Shown piece by piece: positions 49,358-58,637 of a stretch of DNA of 64,000 bases; within the stretch, counting starts at the first letter, position 1; every line of letters begins with the position of its first letter. The notes under the pieces were generated by a model. That model ran no database searches. It was not told the DNA's origin and worked only from the letters and a program-made list of their open reading frames with translations. Source of the DNA: an uncultured Gemmatimonadales bacterium (lineage in GTDB: Bacteria; Gemmatimonadota; Gemmatimonadetes; Longimicrobiales; RSA9); NCBI GenBank assembly GCA_963816355.1, contig CAWFKH010000006.1:192001-256000 (forward strand). The letters run 5' to 3'. A program made the position numbers and the translations under genes.

Positions 49358-51811
49358 TCAGGCGCCGAACTCGGCCCCGATCGAGGCGCCCACCTTCTCG
49401 AGGAGCTGGGCGGGGGTGAACGGCTTCTGGATGAAGCTCGCCACCGCGGTCGCGACGCCACGCCGAAGCACTTCGTCCTCGGTGTAGCCGCTCATGAAGA
49501 TGGTGGGGATGCCGGGGCGCAGCGCCTCGATCCGCTCCGCCAGCTCGCGACCGTCCATCTCCGGCATCACGACGTCCGTGAGGAGCAGGTCGATCTCGGT
49601 CTCGCGCTCGTTGAGGATGTGGCGGAGCGCGGCGGACGGGCTCTCCGCTTCCAGCACGTGGTAACCCGCGCGCTCGAGGATTCGCCGCGCGAGCCGTCGG
49701 ACCGCGTGTTCATCCTCTACCAGCAGCACGGTTTCGCCGCAGCCGCCCACGGGATGCGATTCCGTCGCGGGGGGCGCGATCGGCTCCTCCGGGGCGGCGT
49801 CGACGGCGGGGAGGTAGACGTTGAACGTCGTCCCCTCGCCGATCTCGCTCGCGACGTCGATCGCCCCGCCGCTCTGCGTGACGATGCCGTACACGGTGGC
49901 GAGCCCGAGACCCGTGCCCGCGCCGATCTCCTTCGTCGTGAAGAACGGCTCGAAGATGTGCTGGCGCGTCTTGGCGTCCATCCCCGCACCGGTGTCGGTG
50001 ACGGACAGGCGGACGTAGCGACCGGGGCGCAGCGATCCCGGGATCTCGTCTTCGGCGCCGGAGGCACCGATCTCCGCTGCGGCGACGCGGATCGTGAGCG
50101 TTCCGCCGCCCGGCATGGCGTCGCGGGCGTTCACGGCGAGGTTCATCACGACCTGCTCGAGCTGCGCGAGGTCGGCGCGGATGCGATGAGTTCCGTCGTC
50201 CGGCACCACGCGCAGCTCGATGTCCTCGCCGATCAACCGGCGCAGCATCTTCTCCATCCCCGTAACGACGGCGGCGGGATCGAGCACGCGCACGACCATC
50301 ATCTGGCGGCGGCCGAAGGCGAGGAGCTGCTGCGTGAGGCGAACGGCGCGCTCGGCTCCTCGATCGATCTCCAGGACCTCGTCGCGCGTCGGATCGTTCG
50401 CGGGAAGCGTCTCGAGGAGGAGCTGGGCGTGCCCCCGCACGATGGTGAGGACGTTGTTGAAGTCGTGGGCGATGCCGCCCGCGAGTCGTCCGATCGCCTC
50501 GAGCCGCTCCGACTCGCGAACGCGGGTCTCCAGCGCGTGCTGACGCGAGATATCGCGGGAGTTGCAGATGAGCCCCTGGATCGTGGGGTCCGCGAAGCGG
50601 TTGCGGGCGGTGATCTCGAGGTGATGCCAGGCACCGTCCTTGTGCCGGATGCGGCACTCGACGGTGCGGACGCCATCCGGCTCGGCCGCGAGCGCAACGA
50701 GCTCGGCCTCGACGCGAGCGACGTCGTCGGGGTGCACGAGGGTGGTGGCGCGGGTGCCTACGAGATCCTCGGGCGTCCAGCCGAGCATGCGCGCGACGGA
50801 CGGGCTGTGGTAGCGGATGGTGCCGTCCGCATCGAGGATCGACATGGTGTCGCTGGCGTTCTCGACCAGCGAGCGGAAGCGTCGTTCGCTCGCCAGCAGC
50901 GCTTCCTTGGAATCCCGAACCTCTTCCAGCAGCAGGCCGATCGAACGCGCGCGCTCGACCGCACGCCTGCGAGCCCACGCCAGCGCGAGCACGAGCAGCA
51001 GCGCCATCACCAGCGCGATCTCGCGGTACGGCGGGATCGGTGCAAACGAGAAGTCGGCGGTGTCGCGCGGGTAGAGGATGTAGCCCGCATCGAAGGGGGG
51101 CGACGACGCCCGCTGGCCCGGAACCCCGACGACCTCCACCTTGCCGCCGTGCCGCAGGTGCTCGGCGAAGCGCGGCTCGGTGATCCAGGCGTCCGCGAGG
51201 TTGACGAGGATCGAGCCGGAGCGGTCGCTCAGCACGGCCCGGATCTCGCCCGCTTCGTTCTCGCGGACCGTGAGGTCGCCCGCCACCCGCACGAGCCTCC
51301 CCTCGAAGCGCTCGCCCTTGACGTCCGTGGCAAGGACGTTGCGGGGCAGCGGCAGCGCTACCTTGCCGAGTCGGACGTAGGATCCGACGATCAGCTCCTC
51401 CTGACCCCGGTACTGCCCCACGACCCCCTGGACGCGCACACTGTCGCCCCGGAAGAGGTGACGCACGAGGAACGCCGTGTCGCGGCTGAACAACACGATG
51501 CCGGCGGTGCCGTCCTGCACGTTGGCGACGCTCGCGTTGCCGGCGAGGCTCACTGCGTCCGAGGTGACGACGCCCTCCACCGCGACGGTGGCCCCCAGCC
51601 GATCCGGCACGAAGTCGCCGTTCAGGTCAAGGACGGCCTGCCGGATCGGGATGGTGGGAATCCGCTGGGCCGAGCCGGGCGGCGGGGCGGCGCCGAGCCA
51701 GACCGCCAGCAGTGCGAGCGTCCGGAGCCCCCGCGCAGGCGTGCGGCCCGCCGCTCCCTGGGGGAAACGGGCCGCAGGGTCGGAAGGCCGCCGGGGCGGT
51801 CGTAAGAGCAT
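49358..51811 (-). CDS. Hybrid sensor histidine kinase: exported OB-fold-like domain, TM, PAS, HisKA, HATPase, receiver (alternative start 51850)
   Basis: Signal peptide; TM IALVMALLLVLALAWA; PAS (VHPDD); GGIAHDFNN, NLAVNARDAM, FEPFFTTK, GTGLGL; receiver LLVEDE..LLLTDVVMP..KPF. Confidence 0.92.
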   Translation of the reverse strand: MLLRPPRRPSDPAARFPQGAAGRTPARGLRTLALLAVWLGAAPPPGSAQRIPTIPIRQAVLDLNGDFVPDRLGATVAVEGVVTSDAVSLAGNASVANVQDGTAGIVLFSRDTAFLVRHLFRGDSVRVQGVVGQYRGQEELIVGSYVRLGKVALPLPRNVLATDVKGERFEGRLVRVAGDLTVRENEAGEIRAVLSDRSGSILVNLADAWITEPRFAEHLRHGGKVEVVGVPGQRASSPPFDAGYILYPRDTADFSFAPIPPYREIALVMALLLVLALAWARRRAVERARSIGLLLEEVRDSKEALLASERRFRSLVENASDTMSILDADGTIRYHSPSVARMLGWTPEDLVGTRATTLVHPDDVARVEAELVALAAEPDGVRTVECRIRHKDGAWHHLEITARNRFADPTIQGLICNSRDISRQHALETRVRESERLEAIGRLAGGIAHDFNNVLTIVRGHAQLLLETLPANDPTRDEVLEIDRGAERAVRLTQQLLAFGRRQMMVVRVLDPAAVVTGMEKMLRRLIGEDIELRVVPDDGTHRIRADLAQLEQVVMNLAVNARDAMPGGGTLTIRVAAAEIGASGAEDEIPGSLRPGRYVRLSVTDTGAGMDAKTRQHIFEPFFTTKEIGAGTGLGLATVYGIVTQSGGAIDVASEIGEGTTFNVYLPAVDAAPEEPIAPPATESHPVGGCGETVLLVEDEHAVRRLARRILERAGYHVLEAESPSAALRHILNERETEIDLLLTDVVMPEMDGRELAERIEALRPGIPTIFMSGYTEDEVLRRGVATAVASFIQKPFTPAQLLEKVGASIGAEFGA

Positions 51812-52123
51812 CGTCACGTTCCTGTTCGGCTCTTGGGCCGTCGTCCCCATGTGAGCGCCGCCCGTCGTCCGGGAGCGACGGGTCGCGGGGAGGATGGATT
51901 TTGAACGGGGTGCCACAATTTCGTCTCGGTGGGTCCGGATGACAAGGTTCGCGGCTCCGGTCGGATCCGCTCCCGGGAACCGCGGCGGCGGTCGCCGGAT
52001 TCGCGGGGCGTGATGCCGCGGGGTGCCGCCGGAGCCGGAGCGGCGAACCGCGGCCGGAAGGACAGCCGGGCCGGCGCACCCCGGCGGTGGTCCGGCGCGT
52101 ACCCTCTCGACGTGGAGGCTTCG

Positions 52124-52714
52124 ATGCGTCGTCTCTCCCTGGTGTCCCTCTTCGCCCTCGTGGCCGCCGCCCAGGCGTGCAGCGAGGCGGATCCCACGAC
52201 CGCCCCCACCGCGGACCGCGATGTGGCAAGCGCGTTCGCGCCCTCGCACGCGGCGAACCCCGTGGGCCCGCACACGCGCCTCGTCGTGATGATGGACGCG
52301 TGCGATCCGGCCACGTTCGACGCGTTCGCCGGCCCCGGCACCTGCCTGCGCAACGGCGGCATGACGTTCGACCAGTTCCTGACTCAGCTCGGAGCGCACC
52401 AGCGGGTGGGCGCGTGGCGCTTCGCGCCGGCCGAGGTCACGCTGGACGAGGGCGAGAAGCTGCTGGTGGTGAACCGCGGCGGCGAAACCCACACCTTCAC
52501 CGAGGTCGACCAGTTCGGCGGCGGCTTCATCGATGGCCTGAACCAGCTCTCCGGCAACCCCGTCCCCGCGGCCGAGTGCACGCCGCCGGCCGATGACGAT
52601 TTCATTCCGGCGGGCGGCTCGAAGACGGAGGACGTGGAGGAGTCGGGAACGGAGCTGTATCAGTGCTGCATCCACCCGTGGATGCGGATGGTCGTGCATG
52701 TGAAGGCGGACTGA
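52124..52714 (+). CDS. Cupredoxin (plastocyanin-like) lipoprotein
   Basis: SD ggagg; AQAC lipobox; RFAPAEV, N.GGETHTFT, YQCCIHPWM type-1 copper ligand set. Confidence 0.82.
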   Translation: MRRLSLVSLFALVAAAQACSEADPTTAPTADRDVASAFAPSHAANPVGPHTRLVVMMDACDPATFDAFAGPGTCLRNGGMTFDQFLTQLGAHQRVGAWRFAPAEVTLDEGEKLLVVNRGGETHTFTEVDQFGGGFIDGLNQLSGNPVPAAECTPPADDDFIPAGGSKTEDVEESGTELYQCCIHPWMRMVVHVKAD

Positions 52715-52819
52715 CGTCCGGGAGCGAGGCCGCGAGCCGGGCTCATCCGGCGCGCGGCCTCGTTCCTCCTCCCTGCCGCCCCTCCACCTCGACCGTCCTA
52801 CCGCGTCCGGGACGGCTCC

Positions 52820-52846
52820 GGAACGTCAGCGCGATTGCGGTGTCTA
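52820..52846 (+). promoter_or_regulatory. Candidate ECF-type promoter (GGAAC-N17-GTCTA)
   Basis: ggaac gtcagcgcgattgcggt gtcta upstream of the L,D-transpeptidase gene. Confidence 0.45.
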
Positions 52847-52963
52847 TGTCTTCGAGCCGTCGGCGCCGCGCTGGACGCGCGTGATCCGCCGGCGGCGTGA
52901 CCACTCCAGCCAACGAACGTACGCGAGCGCCGATGGGGCGCTCGGACCGAACCGCGCCGACGC

Positions 52964-53815
52964 ATGCTATCGAGACCGGGCTTTCTCGCTCTGTACGCCT
53001 TGTTCGCCGTCGGAGTCGCCAGCGCTGTCGCGCACGGCTCCGCGGGCGCGAGCCCGTCCACACCCGGCGCCCCGATCGCAGCCGTCGCCTCGGTCGCCGC
53101 GAACGCGCGTGCCGTCGCGGCGAGCGCGGGCGAGGCCGTGTCGGCTCCGCGGGGCGAGCGGCCCGTCGAGCGCGCGCTGGATGCGTTCGCCGGCGTCGTC
53201 AAGCGACAGAGCGATCCGGAGGCGCTCCGGCTGGCCTTCGGCGCCTATTACGCATTCAAGGCGGCGCACCCGGACGAGGTCCGCAACCCGTACCTCTACT
53301 TCGTCGACTACGGCCTCGACAACGCGACGCCGCGCGGCTACGTCTTCGACATGGACGCCCTGCGCGTGGTCGACGGACCGTTCACGGTGGCGCACGGCCG
53401 CGGCTCCTCCCGCGGCCGCAACGGCGTCCCGACGCGCTTCTCGAATGCGCCCGGCAGCGCCGCCTCCTCGCTGGGCCTCTTCCTGACGCAGGAGACGTAC
53501 GCGTTCTCCGGCCACGCGAACGGCCGCCTCTACCACTCCGTCGGCCTGCGCCTGCGCGGCCTGTCCGGCCGCTTCAACGACGACGCCCGCGAGCGCGGCG
53601 TCGTCGTGCACGGCGCGCCGTACGTGACCGCCCGAGACGCCGGCCGCAGCGAAGGCTGTCCCGCGATGCAGCCGGAGCGCGCGCGGCGGCTGATCCCGAT
53701 GATCGCTCACGGCGGCGTCGTCTTCCTCTACTCCCCACGGGACCGCACGTGGCTGCGGGATGGACCGTGGGTCCACGAGGCCGCCGCGGGCGAGGTCGCG
53801 ACGGCGCGGCGCTGA
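52964..53815 (+). CDS. Murein L,D-transpeptidase catalytic domain protein (YkuD_2 type)
   Basis: VAHGRGS, FSN.PGS.ASSLG, VVVHGAPYV..GRSEGC (His/Cys pair). Confidence 0.9.
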   Translation: MLSRPGFLALYALFAVGVASAVAHGSAGASPSTPGAPIAAVASVAANARAVAASAGEAVSAPRGERPVERALDAFAGVVKRQSDPEALRLAFGAYYAFKAAHPDEVRNPYLYFVDYGLDNATPRGYVFDMDALRVVDGPFTVAHGRGSSRGRNGVPTRFSNAPGSAASSLGLFLTQETYAFSGHANGRLYHSVGLRLRGLSGRFNDDARERGVVVHGAPYVTARDAGRSEGCPAMQPERARRLIPMIAHGGVVFLYSPRDRTWLRDGPWVHEAAAGEVATARR

Positions 53816-53969
53816 GGCGCAAGCCGCGCCCCTCGCCGGCCCCCACCTGGACCCGCCGGCGACGCCGCGCTCCGCGGTTCCGGAGCGCCCCCGCGCGTCA
53901 CGCCCGGCAGCGTCACGCCCCGACCGCGTCGCGCGTTCCCCTCGTGCCCCCACCACCGGAGCGTGTACC

Positions 53970-54545
53970 GTGTCTCGATCGATCCCCCGCGGCGTCCTCC
54001 TTCCGATCCTCCTCGCCGGAGCGCTGTCGCCGTTTCCGGCCGGACTCGCCGCACAGGCGGCGGGCGTCGCGGCCGCGGCTGACGACGTCGCGCCGCGCTG
54101 CCGGGCTCCGGAGTACCGCCAGTTCGACTTCTGGCTCGGGGAATGGGAGGTGCGCAATGCGGCGGGCGATGTGGTCGGCCACAACGAGGTCCGTCGCGTG
54201 GCGGGCGGGTGTGGGCTGCTCGAGAGCTGGCGTGGCACCGGCGGTGGCAGCGGCACGAGCCTGAACACCTACGATGCGGAGCGCGGCCATTGGACGCAGC
54301 GGTGGGTGGGCGACGGTACGACCCTCTGGCTCGTGGGCGGTCTCGACGGCGGCCGGATGGTCCTCTCCGGCACGTCGCCGCGCACCACGCCCCGGGGCGC
54401 CGTCCTCGACCGCATCAGCTGGAGCGCGTTGCCCGACGGACGGGTCCGTCAGCTCTGGGAGATCTCGCCCGACGGAGAGAACTGGAGCGTCGGCTTCGAC
54501 GGCTACTACAGCCGCATCGGGCCGGCCCCGACTCCTCGGCGCTGA
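53970..54545 (+). CDS. Exported hypothetical protein (DUF1579-like beta-rich)
   Basis: Signal peptide; C..PEYRQFDFWLGEW, GGC.LLESW, G.SLNTYD, VRQLWEISPDG..W..FDG.Y. Confidence 0.72.
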   Translation: MSRSIPRGVLLPILLAGALSPFPAGLAAQAAGVAAAADDVAPRCRAPEYRQFDFWLGEWEVRNAAGDVVGHNEVRRVAGGCGLLESWRGTGGGSGTSLNTYDAERGHWTQRWVGDGTTLWLVGGLDGGRMVLSGTSPRTTPRGAVLDRISWSALPDGRVRQLWEISPDGENWSVGFDGYYSRIGPAPTPRR

Positions 54546-54621
54546 CGCCGGCGCCCGCCTCCCTCCGGCGCGCGGCTTGCGGACCTCGGGATCGGGTCCC
54601 ACCGAGAGAGGGAGGAAGCCG

Positions 54622-55284
54622 ATGAGCCCGGAGAGCCGCGACGCCACCGCGCGCGCCGTGCTCGGCTGTTGCGGCCGCACGTTCGCGCGCGAGCTCGGCA
54701 TCGACGTCGGCAGGAACACGCCATCGCCGCTCTTCCGTCTGCTCTGCTTCGCGCTGCTCTCGAGCACGCGGATCGGCCACGATCTCGCGATCCGGGCGGC
54801 GCGCGCGCTCGTCGAGCAAGGCTGGACCACGCCGAAGAAGATGGCCGCCGCCACCTGGGCGCAGCGCACGCGCGTGCTCAACCGCTCCGGCTACGCGCGC
54901 TACGACGAGAGCACCTCGCGCATGCTCGCCGACACCTCGAAGCTGCTGCTCGACCGCTACGGCGGCGACCTGCGCCGGCTGCGCGAGGAGGCCGGGCGGG
55001 ATCCGGCTGCGGAGCGCCGGCTGCTGAAAGCGTTCAAGGGCATCGGCGACGTCGGCGTCGACATCTTCTTCCGCGAGGTGCAGGTCGCATGGGACGAGGT
55101 GTATCCGTTCGCCGACCGGCGGGCGGAGAAGGCCGCGAAGCGGCTGGGTCTGCCGACGGATGCGAAGAAGCTGGCCGGGCTGGCGCGGAGCCGTCCCGAG
55201 TTCGCCCGCCTGCTCGCCGGGCTCGTGCGCGTGGACCTCGAGAAGCGCTACGACGAGATCGAGTCCGCCGGCGGTGCGTCCTGA
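54622..55284 (+). CDS. HhH-GPD superfamily (endonuclease III-like) protein without an Fe-S cluster
   Basis: SD ggagga; LFRLLCFALLSSTRI, GYARYDE, HhH FKGIGDVGVDIF, downstream PFAD. Confidence 0.8.
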   Translation: MSPESRDATARAVLGCCGRTFARELGIDVGRNTPSPLFRLLCFALLSSTRIGHDLAIRAARALVEQGWTTPKKMAAATWAQRTRVLNRSGYARYDESTSRMLADTSKLLLDRYGGDLRRLREEAGRDPAAERRLLKAFKGIGDVGVDIFFREVQVAWDEVYPFADRRAEKAAKRLGLPTDAKKLAGLARSRPEFARLLAGLVRVDLEKRYDEIESAGGAS

Positions 55285-55341
55285 GGCACGGCTGAGGACG
55301 CGCCACAGCATGCGACGGCGACGCCATCGCCGGCACGCGTT

Positions 55342-57960
55342 CTACTCGGCCCGCAACGCCCGCGCTGGATCCGCGCGCGTGGCGCGCCACGCCGGCACGT
55401 AGGCGGCGATCAGCGCGACGGCGAGCAGCAGCGCGGCGGCGCCGGCGAGCGCGACGGGGTCGGCGGGCGTCACCTGGAAGAGCAGGGAGCGCAGAAAGCG
55501 CGACGCCACGAGCGCGGCGGCGACCCCCACGGCGGCGCCCGCGACGGCGATCAGCGCCGCCTGCTGAAGCACCTCCCTCCGCAGGCGGCCGGGCGTTGCG
55601 CCGAGCGCGGCGCGGACGCCCAGCTCGTGCGTCCGCTCGCGGACGGCGGCGGCCATGACGCCGTAGAGTCCGATCGCCGCCAAGAGCAGCGCGGCCGCGC
55701 CGAAGCCGGAGAGCACGAGCGTGGCGAGGCGAGGCAGCGCGAGCTGCCGACCGACGAGCTCGCTCATCGATTCGGCGCGCGCGACCGTCGCCTCGGGGTC
55801 GGCGGACCGCACGGCGTCGCGCAGCGCGGGCAACAGCGCGGCGAGCGGCGCGCGCGTGCGTATCGCGACGACGCCCTGGAAGAAGAACTGGCGCCACGGC
55901 ACATAGATCGTGGGCGTCGCGCGCCGCAGCGCGCGGTAACGGATGTCGCCCGCCTCGCCGACCACCGTCAGCCAGCGGTCCGCACCGGTTTCGCCGACCA
56001 GTCGGATCTGCTTGCCCACCGGATTCTCGCCGGGCCAGAAGCGCGCCGCGACCGCGCGGCTGACGACCGCCACCCGCGGCGCACCGCCACGGTCCGTAGG
56101 CAGAAAGGCGCGTCCGCGGTAGAGCGGAATGCCGAAGGTGCGGAAATAGTCGGTGCCCCCCACCTCGAAGGGGATCAGCGGATTCGCCGCGGCCTCCGCG
56201 TCCGTCTGGCCGGCGGCGGCCCACCGTGCGGTGAAGACCTGCGCGCCGTAGAATGGCTCGATCGCGATCGGCGTGACCGAGACGACGTCCGGCAGCGCGC
56301 GGAGCGCCGGCGCGACGCGCTCGTACAGCGCGACGAAGGTCGACATCGCGCTGTCCGGGTTCACGGGCGTCGCGAGCGACAGCACCGACAGATGCTCCGG
56401 GCGGTAGCCGAGCGGCACGTGCGCGAGCCGCTCGAGACTGCGCACGAGCAGCCCCGCTCCGGCCAGCATCACGAGCGCCAGCGCGATCTGTGATGCTACC
56501 AGCGTCTGCCTCAGGCGACGTCGTCCACCGCCGCCGCGGCCGGCACGCGCGTCCAGCCGCAACGACGCTGCGAGTCCCGCGTGCGCGGCCGCGACGGTCG
56601 GGAAGAGGCCGGCGATCAGCAGCGCCCCCAGCGTCACGGCCGCGGCCACCCCGAGAGGCGCGGCGCCCACGCGCACCACGTCGAGACGCGGCAGGTCGGC
56701 GGGCGACGCCACGCGCGTCAACGCCGCGAGCAGCGCGTGCGCCAGCGCCAGGCCGAGCAGGCCCCCGCCCACGGCGAGCGCCACGCTCTCCAACAACACC
56801 GGCCGCACGATGTCCGCCGTGCGGGCGCCGAGCGATCGGCGCACCGCCATCTCCGCCTCGCGCGTCGTCGCGCGCAGCAGCACCAGGTTGCCCACGTTTG
56901 CGGCGGCGATCATCAGCAGCAGCGCGACCGCCGCCACGAGAACGAGGATCTGCGGCCGCACGTCGCCCAGCACCGCGTGCGTGAACGCCTCCACGTCCGC
57001 TGATGCGATCTGAGCCCCCTGCCGCCCGGCGGCGATGCGGCGGCGGTCGATCTCGCGCATGATCGAGAGGAACTCCGTGCGCGCCATCGCCGGTGTCGCG
57101 CCCGGCGCCAGGCGCGCGACGACGTCCAGGATCGGGTACACCCGCGGCGTCCAGTACTCCGTCCCCGCCGGATAGGCGAGCCCCGGCGGCGCGACGCCGA
57201 CGATCGTCGACGAAGCGTGTGTGTACGGATCGCCGAGTCGCCGGCCCACCACGCTCGAGTCGCCGCCGAACTCGCGCTGCCACGCGCCGTAGCTGAGCAC
57301 CACCGGCGCGCCGTCGCCCGCCGACCCCATCTGGACCTCGTCCCTCGCGTCGAACAGCCGGCCCAGCGCCGGCCGTACGCCCAGCACGTCGAAGAAGTCG
57401 CCCGTCACCCACGCCGCACGCAGCGCGAGCGTCCGCTCTCCATCCACCGCCGCCACCGTGAACGCACCCTGGTGCGCCACCCCCGCCACCGCCGTCATCG
57501 TGCGGCTCCCCTCGCCCAGGCGCTTCAACTCCTCCTGCGTCATCCCTACGTCGACACCGCCGGGATCCAGCGTCCGCGGCAACACCAGCCTGTCCGCTGC
57601 GACCACAGGCAGCGGCCGCACCAGCACCGCGTCCGCCACCACGAACATCACCGTCGCCATCCCGATCCCGACGCCGAGGATCAGCACCGCCGTCCCCGCG
57701 AAACCCGGCGCCCGCACGAGCCCGCGCAACGCCTGGCGCGCCTCCCGGAAGCCCCGCTCCAGCGAGGCGCCCGCCCACTGACGTCGCGTCACTTCCTTCA
57801 CCACCACGATGCTCCCGAACTCGCGCCGCGCCGCCCGCTCCGCCTCCACCGGGTCCTCGCCGCGCGCCACCCGCTCCCGCACCGCCATCTCCAGGTGCGA
57901 GCGGATCTCCTCCTCCAGCTCCGCCTCCCGCCGAGCCCCACCGAAAAACGGCAGCCTCAC
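55342..57960 (-). CDS. Duplicated MacB/FtsX-type orphan ABC permease (ADOP-like) with permease-prefix domain
   Basis: ELEEEIRSHLEM..ARREFG prefix; APGF..LGVGIG; ANVGNL..REAEMAVRRSLGA; GLYGVMA..ELGVRAALGA; PAWRATRADP..LRAE. Confidence 0.92.
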   Translation of the reverse strand: MRLPFFGGARREAELEEEIRSHLEMAVRERVARGEDPVEAERAARREFGSIVVVKEVTRRQWAGASLERGFREARQALRGLVRAPGFAGTAVLILGVGIGMATVMFVVADAVLVRPLPVVAADRLVLPRTLDPGGVDVGMTQEELKRLGEGSRTMTAVAGVAHQGAFTVAAVDGERTLALRAAWVTGDFFDVLGVRPALGRLFDARDEVQMGSAGDGAPVVLSYGAWQREFGGDSSVVGRRLGDPYTHASSTIVGVAPPGLAYPAGTEYWTPRVYPILDVVARLAPGATPAMARTEFLSIMREIDRRRIAAGRQGAQIASADVEAFTHAVLGDVRPQILVLVAAVALLLMIAAANVGNLVLLRATTREAEMAVRRSLGARTADIVRPVLLESVALAVGGGLLGLALAHALLAALTRVASPADLPRLDVVRVGAAPLGVAAAVTLGALLIAGLFPTVAAAHAGLAASLRLDARAGRGGGGRRRLRQTLVASQIALALVMLAGAGLLVRSLERLAHVPLGYRPEHLSVLSLATPVNPDSAMSTFVALYERVAPALRALPDVVSVTPIAIEPFYGAQVFTARWAAAGQTDAEAAANPLIPFEVGGTDYFRTFGIPLYRGRAFLPTDRGGAPRVAVVSRAVAARFWPGENPVGKQIRLVGETGADRWLTVVGEAGDIRYRALRRATPTIYVPWRQFFFQGVVAIRTRAPLAALLPALRDAVRSADPEATVARAESMSELVGRQLALPRLATLVLSGFGAAALLLAAIGLYGVMAAAVRERTHELGVRAALGATPGRLRREVLQQAALIAVAGAAVGVAAALVASRFLRSLLFQVTPADPVALAGAAALLLAVALIAAYVPAWRATRADPARALRAE

Positions 57961-58316
57961 GCGCCCTCCTCCGGCAGCGGCTTCAGCACGCCGCCGATCG
58001 CCGCCGTCAGCGCATCCCACCGCGAGCGCTCCGCCGCCAGCCGCTTCCGCCCCGCCGCCGTGAGCGCGTAGACCCGCACCCGCTGGTTGTTCTCCGACCG
58101 CCCCCACTCCGCCTCCACGAACCGCTGCCGCTCCAGTCGATGCAGCGCCGGATACAGCGAGCCCGTGTCCACCTGCAGCACATCCCCGGAGCGCGCCCGG
58201 ATCATCTGCGAGATGCCGTAGCCGTGACCCGGCCCCCACCGCAGCGTCTGCAGGATCAGCAGATCGAGCGTACCCTGAAGCAGCTCGATGCGGGAACGCG
58301 CACGCTCACTGTTCAT
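57957..58316 (-). CDS. PadR family transcriptional regulator (acidobacterial type)
   Basis: LLQGTLDLLIL, HGYGI, GSLYPALHRLE, WGRSENNQR..Y.LT..GRKRL. Confidence 0.94.
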   Translation of the reverse strand: MNSERARSRIELLQGTLDLLILQTLRWGPGHGYGISQMIRARSGDVLQVDTGSLYPALHRLERQRFVEAEWGRSENNQRVRVYALTAAGRKRLAAERSRWDALTAAIGGVLKPLPEEGA

Positions 58317-58338
58317 CGTCGACCCCGGTTCAAAGGAG

Positions 58339-58374
58339 GTAGGACATCTACACCCCCCGCGGCGCGGGCGTCAA
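58339..58374 (-). promoter_or_regulatory. Candidate padR promoter with an overlapping palindromic operator
   Basis: Minus strand ttgacg-N18-tagatg; palindrome gtag-gacat-ctac at 58339-58351 overlaps the -10. Confidence 0.4.
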
Positions 58375-58386
58375 GGGGTAAGTGGG

Positions 58387-58456
58387 GGGAGTGGGCGTCC
58401 GGGGGGCAGCGGAGGTGGGTGTCCGAGGGGCATACGGAGGTGGGCGTCCGGGGGCG
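58387..58456. repeat. G-rich 24-25-bp tandem repeat, 3 copies
   Basis: Units of gg(a)ggtgggYgtccgRgggg at about 58387, 58411 and 58436. Confidence 0.7.
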
Positions 58457-58637
58457 GGACGCGGATTCCCGGGAGCGCGCGGCGGGCGGGGGTGGCGCGA
58501 CCTGCGTATGTCGGGGCGCAAGTCGTTGGGGTACAGTCCGTTGGGGGCGGTCGGCCGGACGCGGAACGGCTCTTCCATGCACCGCGCCGGAGGGAGGGAG
58601 GCGGGAGGGGCGTCGACGCGCTGAAGGAGGAGGGGTC

